The translations under genes were made by a program, and so were the position numbers. A stretch of 63,909 bases of DNA, filler included, from Klebsormidium nitens (lineage: Eukaryota; Plantae; Klebsormidiophyceae): NCBI GenBank assembly GCA_000708835.1. It is 6 parts of 6 records of this genome, joined end to end, with 100 filler letters (N's around TTAATTAATTAA, not from the genome) between each part and the next. Parts side by side here need not be neighbours in the genome. Positions count along the whole stretch, not along the records: positions 1 to 11,574 come from DF237163.1; positions 11,675 to 22,082 come from DF238159.1; 4 more parts are not named here. One strand, 5' to 3'. The notes beneath the pieces were generated by a model. That model was given only the letters and a program-made list of their open reading frames with translations. It searched no databases and was not told where the DNA came from. Below, piece by piece: positions 1 through 13,612 of this stretch. How positions within the stretch are numbered: the stretch's first letter is position 1; each line of letters begins with the position of its first letter.

Positions 1-319
1 AAGAGAGCTCGTCCTCGAGACTGGAGCAGACCCGGTTGGACTCCTCCTGAGCAGATTGAAGTAACGGGTGAGTAATAGTCCATTCCAAAATCACTCGAAA
101 AACCTTTCAGGCAACGCGGGTACGTCTTCATCTGTGGGTCCTAATGAAAAGGTCGGACACATCTTCATGAAGAGATAGAGGGTGCAGACTGAAGCTATTT
201 CCAGAAAGACGACCTGAAAATCGGGCTTCGATTGGCTCCTACCATGCTAATTGATGAGGTGAGAGTTGGCTTTGTGTCAGCTTGTCCCGCTGGTGCATCT
301 TCCACCATGCCTTACTTGA

Positions 320-3316
320 CAAACAAGCATTGGAGGCCTCTCTGTAACCTTGCATCTAAAGTCTGAAGCTTAGAGCAGTGCGCTTGTAAGTTCGTCTCGC
401 ATGCCTGAGCATCTTCGAAATCTCATTTCCCCACAATTGACACCAAACATTCCAAGCTTGAAACATCCACTGTTCAAATCATCCCCACCTTAGCAAGCGC
501 CAGTCGTCTTTCATAGTCTAGTTGCAGTTCCGCCTGTTTCTTAGTCGCTAGCCGTTCCGTTTCTTCCGCCCGCTCTTCCGCTTCCGCTCGGGCGGCCGCC
601 CCCCGGGCATACCGCGCCAGCAAATAGAAGCACTGCAGCCGCACCTGACGGAGCCCAGAGGAAGCAAACCGGTCAGATGACCTGGTTTTTTAGAGTACTT
701 TTTACGGATCTTTTATCCGGAATGAAGTTTGAGCAGAACTTCATCTGGCAGACACAACTCCTTTACTTCTGATGTTTTCAATGATTTAGCTGTATGAAAG
801 GTCAGTTAATCTTTTTAGTCGATTCAAAAACGAACATTGATGACTCTACGTTTCCACAATCGAGCTTCCAGCAGATTTTGATGACGCTGCAATAGGCGTC
901 TGATGATTTCAAAAGTCAGGCAGATGGACGAAGAGGTGGGGCGCTCCGCGTCTTCTCTAGCTCCTCAAGAGCCTCGATTTGATACAGCGTCGTTTTATTT
1001 GGAGCTAGAAGGACGAGTAGTCATACGGCGGAACAGACAAGCGCAGAGGAACGGTCAAACATTGTTTGCACCATGCGAGTGCAAAGTGTTCCCCACGCCC
1101 GGAGTATTACATTGCTGGTAAAGGAGGTTTTACCTGCTTGGCACGTGCCGCGTTGTCCTCCTCTGTTCTCTCGAGCTCCTTCTCACGGAGCCGAGCCCTT
1201 ACTAGCTCTTTCTCCGATGCCTCTAGCCGTTTCTCCCACGCCTGTGAAGAGCAAGTTCAGGATTCAGACTCTCATCGGACGCATTTCAGCGAGTGTTCGT
1301 CATCCGCAACCCCGGCTCGTCCCCTATGATCTCTGCACAAGTCAAAGGCGACCCTCGGTTTGAACACGCCCCGTTCATGGTTCCGTTCAGAATTTGAAAT
1401 GTGTGTGCGCCCTGCGTAANNNNNNNNNNNNNNNNNNNNNNNNNNNNNNNNNNNNNNNNNNNNNNNNNNNNNNNNNNNNNNNNNNNNNNNNNNNNNNNNN
1501 NNNNNNNNNNNNNNNNNNNNNNNNNNNNNNNNNNNNNNNNNNNNNNNNNNNNNNNNNNNNNNNNNNNNNNNNNNNNNNNNNNNNNNNNNNNNNNNNNNNN
1601 NNNNNNNNNNNNNNNNNNNNNNNNNNNNNNNNNNNNNNNNNNNNNNNNNNNNNNNNNNNNNNNNNNNNNNNNNNNNNNNNNNNNNNNNNNNNNNNNNNNN
1701 NNNNNNNNNNNNNNNNNNNNNNNNNNNNNNNNNNNNNNNNNNNNNNNNNNNNNNNNNNNNNNNNNNNNNNNNNNNNNNNNNNNNNNNNNNNNNNNNNNNN
1801 NNNNNNNNNNNNNNNNNNNNNNNNNNNNNNNNNNNNNNNNNNNNNNNNNNNNNNNNNNNNNNNNNNNNNNNNNNNNNNNNNNNNNNNNNNNAAATGTGTG
1901 TGCGCCCTGCGTAAACAAATCATCTGATGAATGACGGTTACATAGTCGGGCACTCTTTCGGGACTTCTTCAAGAGTGAAGGTGTGAACGGTGTGGGAGTC
2001 AGGAGAGGCGCGGATATCTGGAAGACGCCGAGTTACCAGGGTCGTGAATTGTACAGTTTCCTAAGTTTGGAAATGTCTCACTAAGACCTCTTCTGATACG
2101 TTTGAACCTTTGTGGATCTCGAGAAGATTCAGGCCATGAAGCTTGATATACTTTAAATGTGGTGGAGGAAGGTGCAAAGCCTCTAGATCTAGCAGGCGGT
2201 CATCGGTGCAGGAAAGCAGTTTACATTAACCCGTTTTGTTCTGAGCATGTGCTTCTCCCTACAGCCATCTCACACCGCCCAAGGCCCTTAGCACACAACA
2301 AGACTGATAGACTCCAGGATTTAACAACCTTTGGATTCTAGGAACGGTGTTAGCCCTCTTCCACAGGATTTTTCTGGCAAATAACCATGGATGGTTATGA
2401 GCTGATGATAGGCTGGTTAGATGGTAAGTATATGTCAGATTGTCAGACTCGGGCAGTAACCAGCCTTATAACAGGGTCACTACACCCACGGTTGATTGTC
2501 CAATAACCCGAGAAGTAAATTTGTCTGGCTAACAACCAAAACTTCCTGTTCTTCAGATTGCCCGCACCCAGTTTCTTCCTCTTACCTCGTTCGCCTCCTG
2601 CAACTCCGCTTGCGCTTCTTCCCCCGCTCGGATCTGCTCCCTCGCTTCCTTTAGCCGCTGCTTCAGTCCATCCCGCTCTAGTTCGACTCTCTTGAGCTGC
2701 GCGGCCTTTTCCTCTGCCACTCGCAGCGATTCTGCGAGCTTTTCCTGCAACAAAGGGAAGTGCAAGGTGTCAGGCCGCTCCTTTGAGGTGTCGCTCTCAG
2801 TTGCGTTTGCGGGAGATACAAACCTTGCAATACTTGGCACATACTTTTCTTACTTGACTTATCCGAACGGATATCTTGTGTGATGAGCGCAGAGCAGCCT
2901 GCATACTGCCGGTGACTACTACGACACAAACTGAGTGTTGGATGCCACATTAGTTCTATAGCATGCTTGTAATTTCAGCACGGCATCGAATGTTCCTGAC
3001 AAGTACCGCCCACTTTAGAGGATTTTAATAGGTGGAGCAGTATCCAAAACAGTCACACGTTGTTTGAAAGGTATCTTGCATCATATTCCGTCTTCTTTCA
3101 ACAGGAGCGATGACATCGGAACGCTTATTCGAAGCCAGGCCACTTGCCTGCAGTTGCTGAGCCTGCTTCTCCGCGCGTGCGCACGCCTCCTGAGCTGCCG
3201 GCAGCGCTTCCGCGTCTTTCTGAGCCGCCTCTAGTTGCGTCTCAAGCTCGCTCGTCTCCGCTTTGAGCCGCTTAAGCTTCAGCTTCTGCTTTTCGAGCTT
3301 TTCCACGGGCACCGCA
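320..3316 (-). CDS. Multi-exon coiled-coil protein of unknown function (partial; termini not defined)
   Basis: In-frame exons with splice sites: ~3148-3316 (AVPVEKLEKQKLKLKRLKAE...QQLQ), 2586-2744 (EKLAESLRVAEEKAAQLKRVE...ANE), 1134-1241 (AWEKRLEASEKELVRARLREKELE...AKQ), plus further E/K/A-rich exons near 510-630 and 320-430. Heptad-like composition. Confidence 0.6.
1420..1891. other. Assembly gap (472 N) flanked by an identical 23-bp sequence
   Basis: AAATGTGTGTGCGCCCTGCGTAA occurs at both 1397-1419 and 1892-1914. Confidence 0.95.
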
Positions 3317-5815
3317 ACTGTGAAACGAGGACAGCGTGAGTCTCTGGCTGCCCGCTGGACCGATTCTTGTGGGATCCGGTGAGAGTCAATCAAGGGGAGT
3401 TGGCAGAAGCCTGTGCTATAGATCTGTGGGTGATTGGGAAGAACTCAATGTACTGCTGCTTTCATTATTGTGCACATTTCAAGAGCTTCAGGTCATCCTT
3501 GTTTTTGCGTACGCAATCTGATTTGTTTTTGTCCTGCGTGATCGCATACTACGGAACCTAAATTGGTATACTCTGGTTGAACATTTCAAGTTAGCATTGA
3601 AGCAAGGTACGGAGTAGAGTAGATACGAAGCGAAGATTGAACCCGAGCTCTTAAGAGAGGAGACCTGCGATTGGCGCCACAGACCAACTCATTCTGCAAC
3701 TTTTTACTTCTGTGGGTCTGCATTCAGAACAGTTGCACCTGCGCTCCGTCGCACTCGAGAGTCTCATGTTGCTCACTGTATGGCTGGGTCACCCCCTTCT
3801 TGGCACTCCGTGGCGAGGCTGGCGCACTTGACTTCCCAGCGAATGCCATTGCGCCAGGTGGCAGAGCCCCGTCTCTGGCCGTCAGATCAGGGTGACAGTT
3901 CGCGGAAGCACTGAGAAAGGGTCGGTCACCTAGGCCTGAGCTTTTACTAGGTGCTTCTCAACCGATGCTGAGGTAGATCTTGCAGGATGGATGATTCAGC
4001 GGCATCTTGAAGCTGCAGACCTAAGGAGCGTGGCGTTTCAAATCGATGTTTGACGGGCCCTTACTGTCTGCTCTAGCTCTCAGGATGGGTATCTGGGACA
4101 AGAAGGCATAGGCAATCAGCGCAGCAACTTCTATGGAAAGTATTGATTTTACGCCTGCCAAAGAGAGCATTTTAAGTTTGACATGCACGGATCAGCTGGT
4201 TCCGGTCGTCACAGTTCCCAAAGAGTCCCAGGATTCTTACAAGCCACTCCACCTTATCTAGCAGCTGCTAAATCAAATGTTACCCTGTATAGATATTGAT
4301 TTAAACCAGATGGTAAGCTCATTTTTCAGGACTTGCCTGGAGCGCTGATACTATTCAGGCTGCCTGAACACACTGATTCGACTGTGGAACACCTAGCAAT
4401 CGGCGCTGCAAATGCTTCCTGCAAACCTTGACAAGTCGCAGGTAAGGTATGGGGTACGTACCTTCCACTTTAATTTGCAGGGCCATGAAAACTACTGCGG
4501 CCCAGAAACCCAAAGAGGGCAATCAATGCAGCGTGTGAGGGAAGCTGATAGCCTTGATAAAGTGAGACTCCGGTGGATCATAATGCTGTTGCGATGTGTC
4601 TCCGCTTATAGAAACCGTGCCAGCCTCTTTCTCATTTCTCTATATCCGGCTTCTCAAATCAGACATTTATGCAGCAAAGCCAGGCACCCCGGAAGGCATT
4701 TCGTGACTTTGATGCTTTGCTGTGACAGGCTGACCGTATAGCAAAACTGGCTAGCATTGCCACCGCCTTTCTAATATTTCAAACGGATTTCTGCGCATGG
4801 TCTCTACAAGAAATGAGAGTATACCATTGCTCAGCTCGCAAGCAATGCGGGCCGGCCGATCCCTGCTTCTTGGTGGCCGCTTGGCCCTCTGATTTAATTC
4901 GCCCTTCCTCTTGCATACGATCATGCAACCAGACAAGGAAATGATATCAGTAGGTGTCTCCGCTTGCCTACACTCTGGTGTCTAATATCATTTAGGAATA
5001 GGTATACTGAAGCCTTGTCTTTTTGTGTCTCCTCTTCTTGAGCCCGACTTAGACCAACTTCCGAAGAATGATGATTGAATCAACCGCCGGCTTACGCTAC
5101 CACAGGAAGTGACGCGCGCGCAGTCTTAGAATACAATGATTAAAGTAGGGGGTTCCGCTTGGGTTGCAAAATAACCCCCTTTGAGAATGCACCAAAAAGG
5201 TTTCATCCGGTGCAGATATCACCTCTAAAGGATGGCGACATCACCACAAACGCCCATGGACGAATCAGAGGTGGTCATATGTCTCACGTGGTTGCCAGCG
5301 GACAGGTCATGTGGGGGCAAAAATTCACGGTTGCAGTCAGGCGCGTTGGTATCCTGACTTTCACCATGGCGAGGGCCACTCCTGGGTATGGGATTGGAGC
5401 CCTTCTAGAAAGCACAGCATTACATCAGAAATGCTTGACGTTTCCATTCAGTTATGCCGCTCAGGAAGTCCTTGTCTGTTCTGCTGGATCATTGCTGATC
5501 AGCGGTCAGGCTGCAAAAGCCTCATGTTGGTCGTTGCTTGCTGGCGATCTCGTCCGCAAGCGAGCGCCCAAGCATCCCCTCGAGAAAGCAGCAAATTTTA
5601 ATACAATCAGAGCCGTACAGATGGTTTCCTCGATCCGTTCAAATAGCACGCATTCAAAGTAGTGCTGCGAGCTTTGGTCAGAACAAGGCCTGGGCTCTTC
5701 CATTTTTTTGGCGCTTTAGTCATCAGGAAGGTGGAACTTAGGCGAGCAGGAAGGTCTGATGTTTTAGTCCTTCCCAAGGTTTTTGGAACCAGGAGAGTGA
5801 TCACTTGAGTGCATA

Positions 5816-8800
5816 ATGGCGCAACAGAGTGGGGGGAAGTCTTGTGTGCGGGGCGCGCAGCAGGGTGAGGAACGGGGCGAAAGCTGTGCTGATTCAGCAA
5901 AAGTACTGAGGCCACGAGAGCCCTTGTGCGTTAGTGTACAAGCAGATGTACACGAGCCTGGCGAAAGATATAATGAAGGGGAAAGTGTACACGAGGTAGT
6001 CGGTGAGAGGGTACAGGATGGGGCCAAAAGCATGCCAGGTGTCCCGGCTGAGTGCAACGAGGAACTAGATGAGGGAGAACTGGAGCTGGAAGAGCTAGAG
6101 GGAGAAGAGGCGGGGATCGTTCCTGAAGAAGAGGTGAGTCGCTGCCTTCGATGTCGGGGCCTCTCCTTCTATGGAAAGTAGCAGTTCAGGACTTCTGAGT
6201 GCCAGAAGTATAAGTTTCTAAGAGAGATTTCTCTCCTATGATTGGTTATTGTGAGCAATGTCAGGGGAAACAACAAAAGCGAACAGAAAGCAGTGCTTGG
6301 AGCAGAGAGAGAGAGGGAATCCGTGAGCAGGTTACGAGCGGGTTACCTGCTCAAGAACAGAGATTGAATCCCTTCCTGTAGGAACTTGTAGTCTTGCCAG
6401 ATGGGGGATACTTCGGTAGGATTCCCCCTTATCCAACGGTTGAAGGGTTGGTCAAAGCACCACTCAATAAACTGCTTGGCTAAGCTGGAAGCCAACCTGG
6501 TGTCAAAATTTTGTAGCCAACTTCTCAAGGCCTATCCTTGACACAACACTCTCGCATGCAGGCCCAATTACCAGAGAGGGCCAAAAGGAGGCGGTGGGTG
6601 CAATGCAGCGACCTCGTCTTCACGTTTTCTCATTTGGCTCTTGCTTCTGTCATCGGGGTAAGAAATCAAAACCAGGTTGAGGTAAGTTGAGCTCAACAGC
6701 AGTTTGACGTCGAATCAGCCATTGAGGATCCATGGATAGTCCACTCTAGTTGGCTCGCACGTTAACAGAAGGAAACATGAGGAAAGCATGAGATGATCTC
6801 TTGCGTCTCAACAAGTTTCTCTCTAGTTGCGGTACTAGTCTATTGTTGAGAAACTCGATTTGTCTGCTCTTGATTACCTGGGATATAAGTAGGTCTACGC
6901 ATATCCTCTGCGCTATCATCCGCGTTTGTCCAAATCAGACAAAGAACCACATTCCTTTGGAAATCTTGACACAGTCCCTTATTGTAGCATAAAGCAGTCA
7001 CCCTCACAAGAACGCTCCTTTTTGAGGTTCCAACATCTCGCTTTACTTGGTACAGATCCTCGCCACCTCTACGATGCAGGTCTTGATTCGCTGTGGCCTA
7101 GAAGACTTGTTTGGAAGCCGGGTTTTGGGTATAGTGGGCGATCAGACTGCTCTTTTCACTGACCTTCCAGTAAACATGGTAAGAGCCGCATGCGATTATA
7201 GAACAGGCTTTTCTTAAAGTGGGCGTAGACCATGCATGGACACCCAAGGGCCATCTACGGTGATGGGGCCCCAGATTCGCCGAAGTTGCAATCTGGTCCG
7301 TTGAAAACAAACGCAGATGCACGGAGTGTGGATTTTGGGGCTTTGGATTCCGATGCCCACTTTGACTTCAAGTAGCAAGATCAAACGACATCGCTTTGGA
7401 TGCTCGTCAACCCTCCTCTGCGATCAGATTGTACAACCATACAAGGGTAAGCTGGTTCACAGCATTCTCGGTCCTGAGCACAGTTGCGAGTCAACTATCT
7501 GAGATTCGCTAATTCCGGGAGAGGCTGGAATGAGACGGGCCTTTTTTGATAGGAACTGCCGTTGCTGTTTCCAACTACGCAACAAAGGTTGCAAAGTCAT
7601 CCAGAGATGATCTTTTCGATTAGGACGGGTCCTCAGAGAAAATCAGAACGGGATGTCACCAGCCTTCGAGTCGTTCACCTAATCAAAGTCAGCAGATCAA
7701 ACCGCTTGCCCGTCAGTTGACGGACCGCGAGTTGGCCGTGTCAGCAGACTGTTAGCAGACTCCGAGCAGTTCGGTTCCCCCTTCATTGAGTCGGCTTGAC
7801 TCTCAGCCCAACTTCGCGGCTTCCTCTACTCCATTCCTCAAACATGTCCAGTGTTCGTCAGTGTTCAGGCGTCCATTCCCCCCGTTGCATAAAGAAAGCC
7901 TCCCGTCTTATAAAGCCGCCACTCCATTCCGGCCAGCTTGCCATTGCTTTTCACGTCTGCTCCACTTCAATCTCCTTTTGACCTTCCCCAATAGATGATC
8001 AGGTTCTTACTTCTTCTGAGCGTCGCTTCTCTCCTCGTTCAGGTGGGCTCTTTCTTCATGGGCGTCATTGCGTTTGCTTGGAAGGACTCCATCCTCCGTC
8101 GTTCGAACGCCTTGTTCCTCAGCTTGACAGCTGGCATGTTGGGATCCTTAACCACGTACTCGGGGTTTAACCAGTCCATAACCACCCTGTTTGTGGAGGG
8201 CAACTGGGCGGCCGCGCTGCTGGGGCTCCTCATAGGTGGGCCCCCTCGTCCCATAAGCGTGCTTTTGTATCGACCTCATGAGACAAACGCTGTAGTATGT
8301 GTGGATAAAGATCGACAAGCTGGGACGCAGAAAGACTTGTCAACCCAATGTTTTGAGGTTCTGGCACGAAGAAGAACTGCACTTGCACTCGCCTTAAGTG
8401 AAGAGGTACTAATACTGACAGTGCTCTCGGCCCTTCTCCCAGCTTGCCTTTACCATTCGTGCGGCTTACTGAAACACAACCGGACATCTTTTTTCAGAAG
8501 GTTCGCTTTGTGAATCCTCACGTCTTCCTATTGCGTTCCTGCTCAATCTTCGTTCGAAACCCAACGAAGTAATCTGATACACAACCAGAATTGAATCTTC
8601 AAGGCTTATCTCGTAAATTCCTCACCTCTTCTCATTGATTACCCTGTTCGTTCGTTGCTCAAAAGTCATCGATGCGATTGACTCTGCATCGGGCTTTCAA
8701 GCTGCCTTTCCAACCCATTTTAGTGTACCCAAAGCTCGTTCTGTGTGAGAAAGAACAAGACACGTCCTCTTGAGCCGTTGCACAGAGTGACGCCCCGTCC

Positions 8801-10323
8801 AAGACCTTGCCTCCAACCACAGAGTCGCAGCACTACCGTCTCTTACGGGCAACAATCTTCTGCTAACGGTCGTTTGCTAAAGGTAAACCACCTTTTTACT
8901 TACTGCCAGGTGTCGAGCTCCCAGTGGTCTCCTTGGTCGTGGGCATCGACTTTGGACGTGGCGCGTCGTGGGCGTTTTCTAGACTGCTCCAACCGCGGCC
9001 CTCAATTTCCCTTAGTCGCATCACGGCCGACGAGCAAAGCCCCACAGAACCCAAAACCGCCTCTCAAAAGAGCTTCCGGCAGTTGCCCGCCGGAGCCTCG
9101 AATGCCGGAACGCGGCCGGAAAACCGTGTCGTCGCGCCAGAAATACGCACAACACCAAGCAAGCTTTGCGAGCGCCCTCCCAAAACCGAACCCTTAAACC
9201 CCCAGCGCGTCTCCGACAAGACGCGCCTGCGGCGCGCGGCCGCCGCGGCCGCGCTCTGGCTCGGCGTCGTTTTGCCCCTGGCAGCGGTCGGGGCAAAGTT
9301 TGACACCGGGAGCAGTCGAAGGCGGGAGATCTGGCTCGCGGCCGCGTTGGCGCCCCCTGGGGTTTGGCTGCGTTACCTCCTGTCGAGGTTTAACGTCCGG
9401 CCGAAGGGCGGTTTGAAATGGCTCCCGGTGGGCACGCTGCTGGCGAACGTGATTGCCTCTGCGGGCATGGCGGGTTTGTCGGTGGTCTTGGTATCGGTAA
9501 GGGCCTTTTTACACCTTAAGATTCTTCAAGATGTTACGTGGCAGCAGATACGGTCGAACATACATACTTGGGTCACAGACTTGACGTCCGAAAATTTGAT
9601 GGTAAAAAGTAGGGCTTGACCTTTTGAGGTTGCTAGCTACATCAGTTTTCCTAGTGGTTCTTCAAAACTGCGCGCCGAACGACAAGAACCTCCGGGAGTC
9701 GAATCATTTCGGTTTCTCTCAAGCACGTGGGTACGTGCGGCTGTCTTGTGATGGCACTCCTCGTGGAGTCTGCGACCATCCGTTGGACCTTCCTTTCTTG
9801 TGCGAGCGCTCAATTCGGATCAAACCAATGGATACTGGTGGCAGGATCGGCCCTGCAGACAGCGCATTAGGGAACATTGAGGCGTCTTTCGTTGCGCTCC
9901 CGAAACAGAGTTTCAAGCTAAAGCGTCCCGGATAACCTCTTTTCAGCCAGTTCAATCGGCTGCGTCGTGATAACATGTTTGGTATGTTAAACCGCATTCT
10001 TGGGCTCAAAGACCACCCGCTGTTGCTACGGTCGTCCACTACGTTGAAAGCAATGACGTCAAACTGATCGCGGCACGGCTTTTCTGACGCTCTTCTTCCA
10101 GGTACGCGGGCTCGCCACTCGTTTGTGGTGCCAAGGTGTCGAAATCGGCGTCATGGGAGCTTTGAGCACAGTCTCCACATTCGCCGCTGAAATCTACTTG
10201 TTAGATCAGGGCAAGCAGCACGTCTGGCGAAGCTACGTGTACATTCTTGTCAGTCTATTAGCTAGTCAAACAGTAGCGTTGCTGATCTACGGCGTTCCGG
10301 TTTGGATCATGCACTATGATTAA
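5816..10323 (+). CDS. FEX: Fluoride export protein FEX (two CrcB/Fluc domains), 6 exons
   Basis: Exons 5816-6133, 6562-6657, 7080-7178, 8043-8235, 8910-9496 and 10102-10323 join in phase through GT-AG introns. Spliced motifs: FSHLALASVIG|VLIRCGLEDLFG...LFTDLPVNM|VGSFFMG, TAGMLGSLTTYSG, APPGVWLRYLL, PVGTLLANV, GVMGALSTVSTF. Confidence 0.92.
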
Positions 10324-11574
10324 GTCTGGTTGCAAGGTACGTCAATCGAATCACTGAGAAATTTGAGGTATATACAGCATCCGTTTGAAGCCTTGATTAA
10401 ACTTGACCAGTATAGTGATGTAAAATAAGTCATTGAATGAGGAAGTCCATGAATCGGAAGAAAAAAAATCATTTCAGACTCGCATTTGGACGTCGGTTAT
10501 TGGGATAAATTAAGTAAGCCCAAGTACGTATAAGCAGCAACTGGATTACTTTTAAGCTAGCAATGATTCAGTTGTCGACGTCAGGTTCTTGTTTAGTTAA
10601 CTAGCCCGCAGGCTCGTTTTCATACGTAGATGTAATGAACTACAGTCGGCGGCAGCCTTGCATAAAGAGCAGAGATCACCCTCTTGGTAATCGTTTCGGA
10701 CTCACGTCCCGGGCGATGTATCGCGTCATGCAACTCAAAGGCCATCGGCAGATTTGGCCACGATTTCGATGCTGAAGGAATCTTGATGTTCTCGACTTGA
10801 CCGTTGGCAACTTGAAAGCCCGTATGTGAGCCATGAGTCCCATGACGCGTTTCCGTCATCCGTGTTTTCGAAATTAAGAGGATAGTTTTCTTTTCGCAGC
10901 TGAAAGTCCAATGTACATTGTAAACCCTCTCAGGCAAGGAGTGCGCGCCACTTCAAAGACCGGATGGTGCATACGCGATCTGGTCCGACGGCCGCAAGAA
11001 TGGACGAACTTATCATGCATGGCACGTACGTTGCAATCAGTAGTTTTGCAGCAATATGATCCAAACGAGAGATAACTTGCCCTGCAGGCTGGCGCCCGCA
11101 GGCTGCATGCCGCGCACAATATTGTAGGACCTAGGCCCATCGTGTCAGAACATGTTTGCAGCGGTGCACTGAACTCCGGTTAGAAAACCGACTTCCAGGG
11201 GGGCCGGTTCCCGGGAAGCGAGCATGTAAAACCGACCTCCAGGGCGGGGGGTCCCTTTAGTCGAAATTTCGACCCCTAGTAGAAATATATCCCAGACCCA
11301 AGTGTTCCTCCCCCTCACCTTTGATTTAGGAGGCTTTGCGTGCTTTAGTAACCCAACTTTCGGTCAGGTGCAGTGCATTCGAGCCCCACTGGACACATGT
11401 CATGGCATAGAACATCGTTGTTGCATAAGCTCGAGATTCTCCCCATGCTAGTTGCATTCCTAGATATTTGCAGCTTGTAAGACCATCTTCACGATGCATT
11501 CGCAGCCGTTGATATTACAGTAGGAGCATCAGCAACCGTAGATTGAGATATTCATAGAGACGACCTTATCTTTA

Positions 11575-11674
11575 NNNNNNNNNNNNNNNNNNNNNNNNNN
11601 NNNNNNNNNNNNNNNNNNTTAATTAATTAANNNNNNNNNNNNNNNNNNNNNNNNNNNNNNNNNNNNNNNNNNNN
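11575..11674. other. Scaffold gap with TTAATTAATTAA linker
   Basis: 100-nt N spacer with the linker at 11619-11630. The same design recurs at 22083-22182, 28071-28170, 41779-41878 and 61112-61211. Confidence 0.95.
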
Positions 11675-13612
11675 AGCGCCGCTTCAGGCACTCCGCCCAT
11701 GTGGCCCGTGGCTGCGTCGCCGTTGGCCCTTGCCGCCTTGTGTCACGTTACCGCTGACAAAGACAAGGACAAACACTCAGATCCCCAACGCTTATACGGC
11801 CGCCGCATTGACCACAGACGTCATGCCACATGTCTTCTCAGTATTCGTGCGTGTCTCACATCTGTCGACGCTTCTGAAATACGAAGTGGCTACTAGAGAT
11901 AATATAACGTGCCGTCTTCGGACTTTTCAGAAGGGCAACGTGAGAGGAGGAATTGATATCTCACCGACAGTCGCCCCATCCTTTTTGCAAAGCGCCGCGC
12001 TGCTCGTTTTAATGTGCGCTGACTATCTCAAACAGGCAAAGCTACGAGACTGCCGAAAGGTAGTAATGGAAGAAGTTTGTAGTTTCAATAAAACATAGAA
12101 GCTCTTTGTTGATTGAACTAATGGAATTGCGCCCCTGGGCAGGCAGAAAGGAAAGACTCTCGAAAATTTTGAACTTGAATCGGGGGTGTATTTGCAAAGT
12201 AACGACGCTGCACCCCACTTCGACTCATGACCAACGAGGTGCAAGCATTTCGCGAACATTCCTGATTGTCGAAACCATCTACGGAGCGCATCGCAATCTG
12301 CTCCCAGTGCCGATAGTCGAAACGTCCAGAACGACAGCAACCATCAAATCAGCGGCCACGGCTCTCCATCACAAATTTCCGCTTCAACTCCAACTCCCGA
12401 CCATACCATGAAAACCAAATCCATCGTACCAAACGCTCACCTGCATGAGTCGGCTCAGAATAAAGGCCTATGATCACGACCCCGTTGAAGATGGTAAGCC
12501 GACTCGAGTCCACTTTCGGGCGACTCCTTCCCTGGACGCACCAGCCCGTGGTCGCCGGACACAGCAGCAGTGAACTCCCTCTCGCCGGCTGCCCACTTCC
12601 TGGTTTCTGTGCAAGAAACAAGTAGCAAAAGTCAATGCAAACAGTTCGGAGCGCAGCAATTGCGATCCCGGGGTGCCTAGAGTAAGGCCCATCTGGTGCA
12701 CCGCCGCATCTGGCGCGACTTTCCGGTTCGGACCTGACCGCAAGAAACGGTTTCGCTCTTGATGCCATCGGAACGAACCTGGAAGACCGGAACGAGTCCG
12801 CTAGGGGCTTGTGCGAAAGCATGAGCCCAGGCACGCGTGTTTTACGTAGGAAAGAACATGGAAGAGAGTCCTCTGGACTAAGTCGGAAGAGTTTCAGGTA
12901 AGAAAGATAGGAGGAGCTAGAGTAAAAAGTGTGGGATGCCAGTCGATCCGAGTTGGCAACGGTCAGGTCTAACCGATATCTTGTACAACAGCTTTTATAT
13001 GCGAATCCGATAACGCGGCTCCTTCGCTCAAGGACCAATTGGAACGGAAGCTTTACATCTACAGCTTTTCGATGGGTTCTGAGAGCTGAGAGACGCCAAT
13101 AACAAGAAGCAATAGGAGCGAACGGAAAGCTAAGTGACCATGCAAAAACCTCTGATCGTTGCCGTACAGTCACTTTCATTCGAAAGCGATTGATGACTCT
13201 TACCAGTGCGTTAGCGACCTGCACCGTGCATCGATGACGTGGTGTCACGTGACGTCTGCAGGGGCCCGATCCTCTTTGCATGCGCAGGCCGTAACGTGAG
13301 CGGGTTGAGGCGATCTGAAAGACAGCGGAATGGTGACATGTGAGTTAAGTCGTGCACATCCGGATCGATGACTCAGCAGAAAGAAGCAGTAAAGCCAGAC
13401 CGGGTGAGACCCGGACGAAGTCCAGAGACGCTTTCATAATGCACACGCCACATTTTCGGCATGTAACAGACAAGTCTGCGCCGAAGGATCACAGAAGACG
13501 TGCACAAATTTGAGTCGGTCGTACCCGGCTCAAATTTCGAGCCCATGTCCCGCTCCTGTCAACTCCTGTACGGATTCTTGAAACATGCAGAGCCGCCTGT
13601 TCTTTCAGTCGC

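Noticed and set aside
11619-11630. TTAATTAATTAA embedded in five N gaps
   Set aside because: Artificial scaffolding linker with stops in all frames; ORFs ending in LIN or running through X are artefacts.
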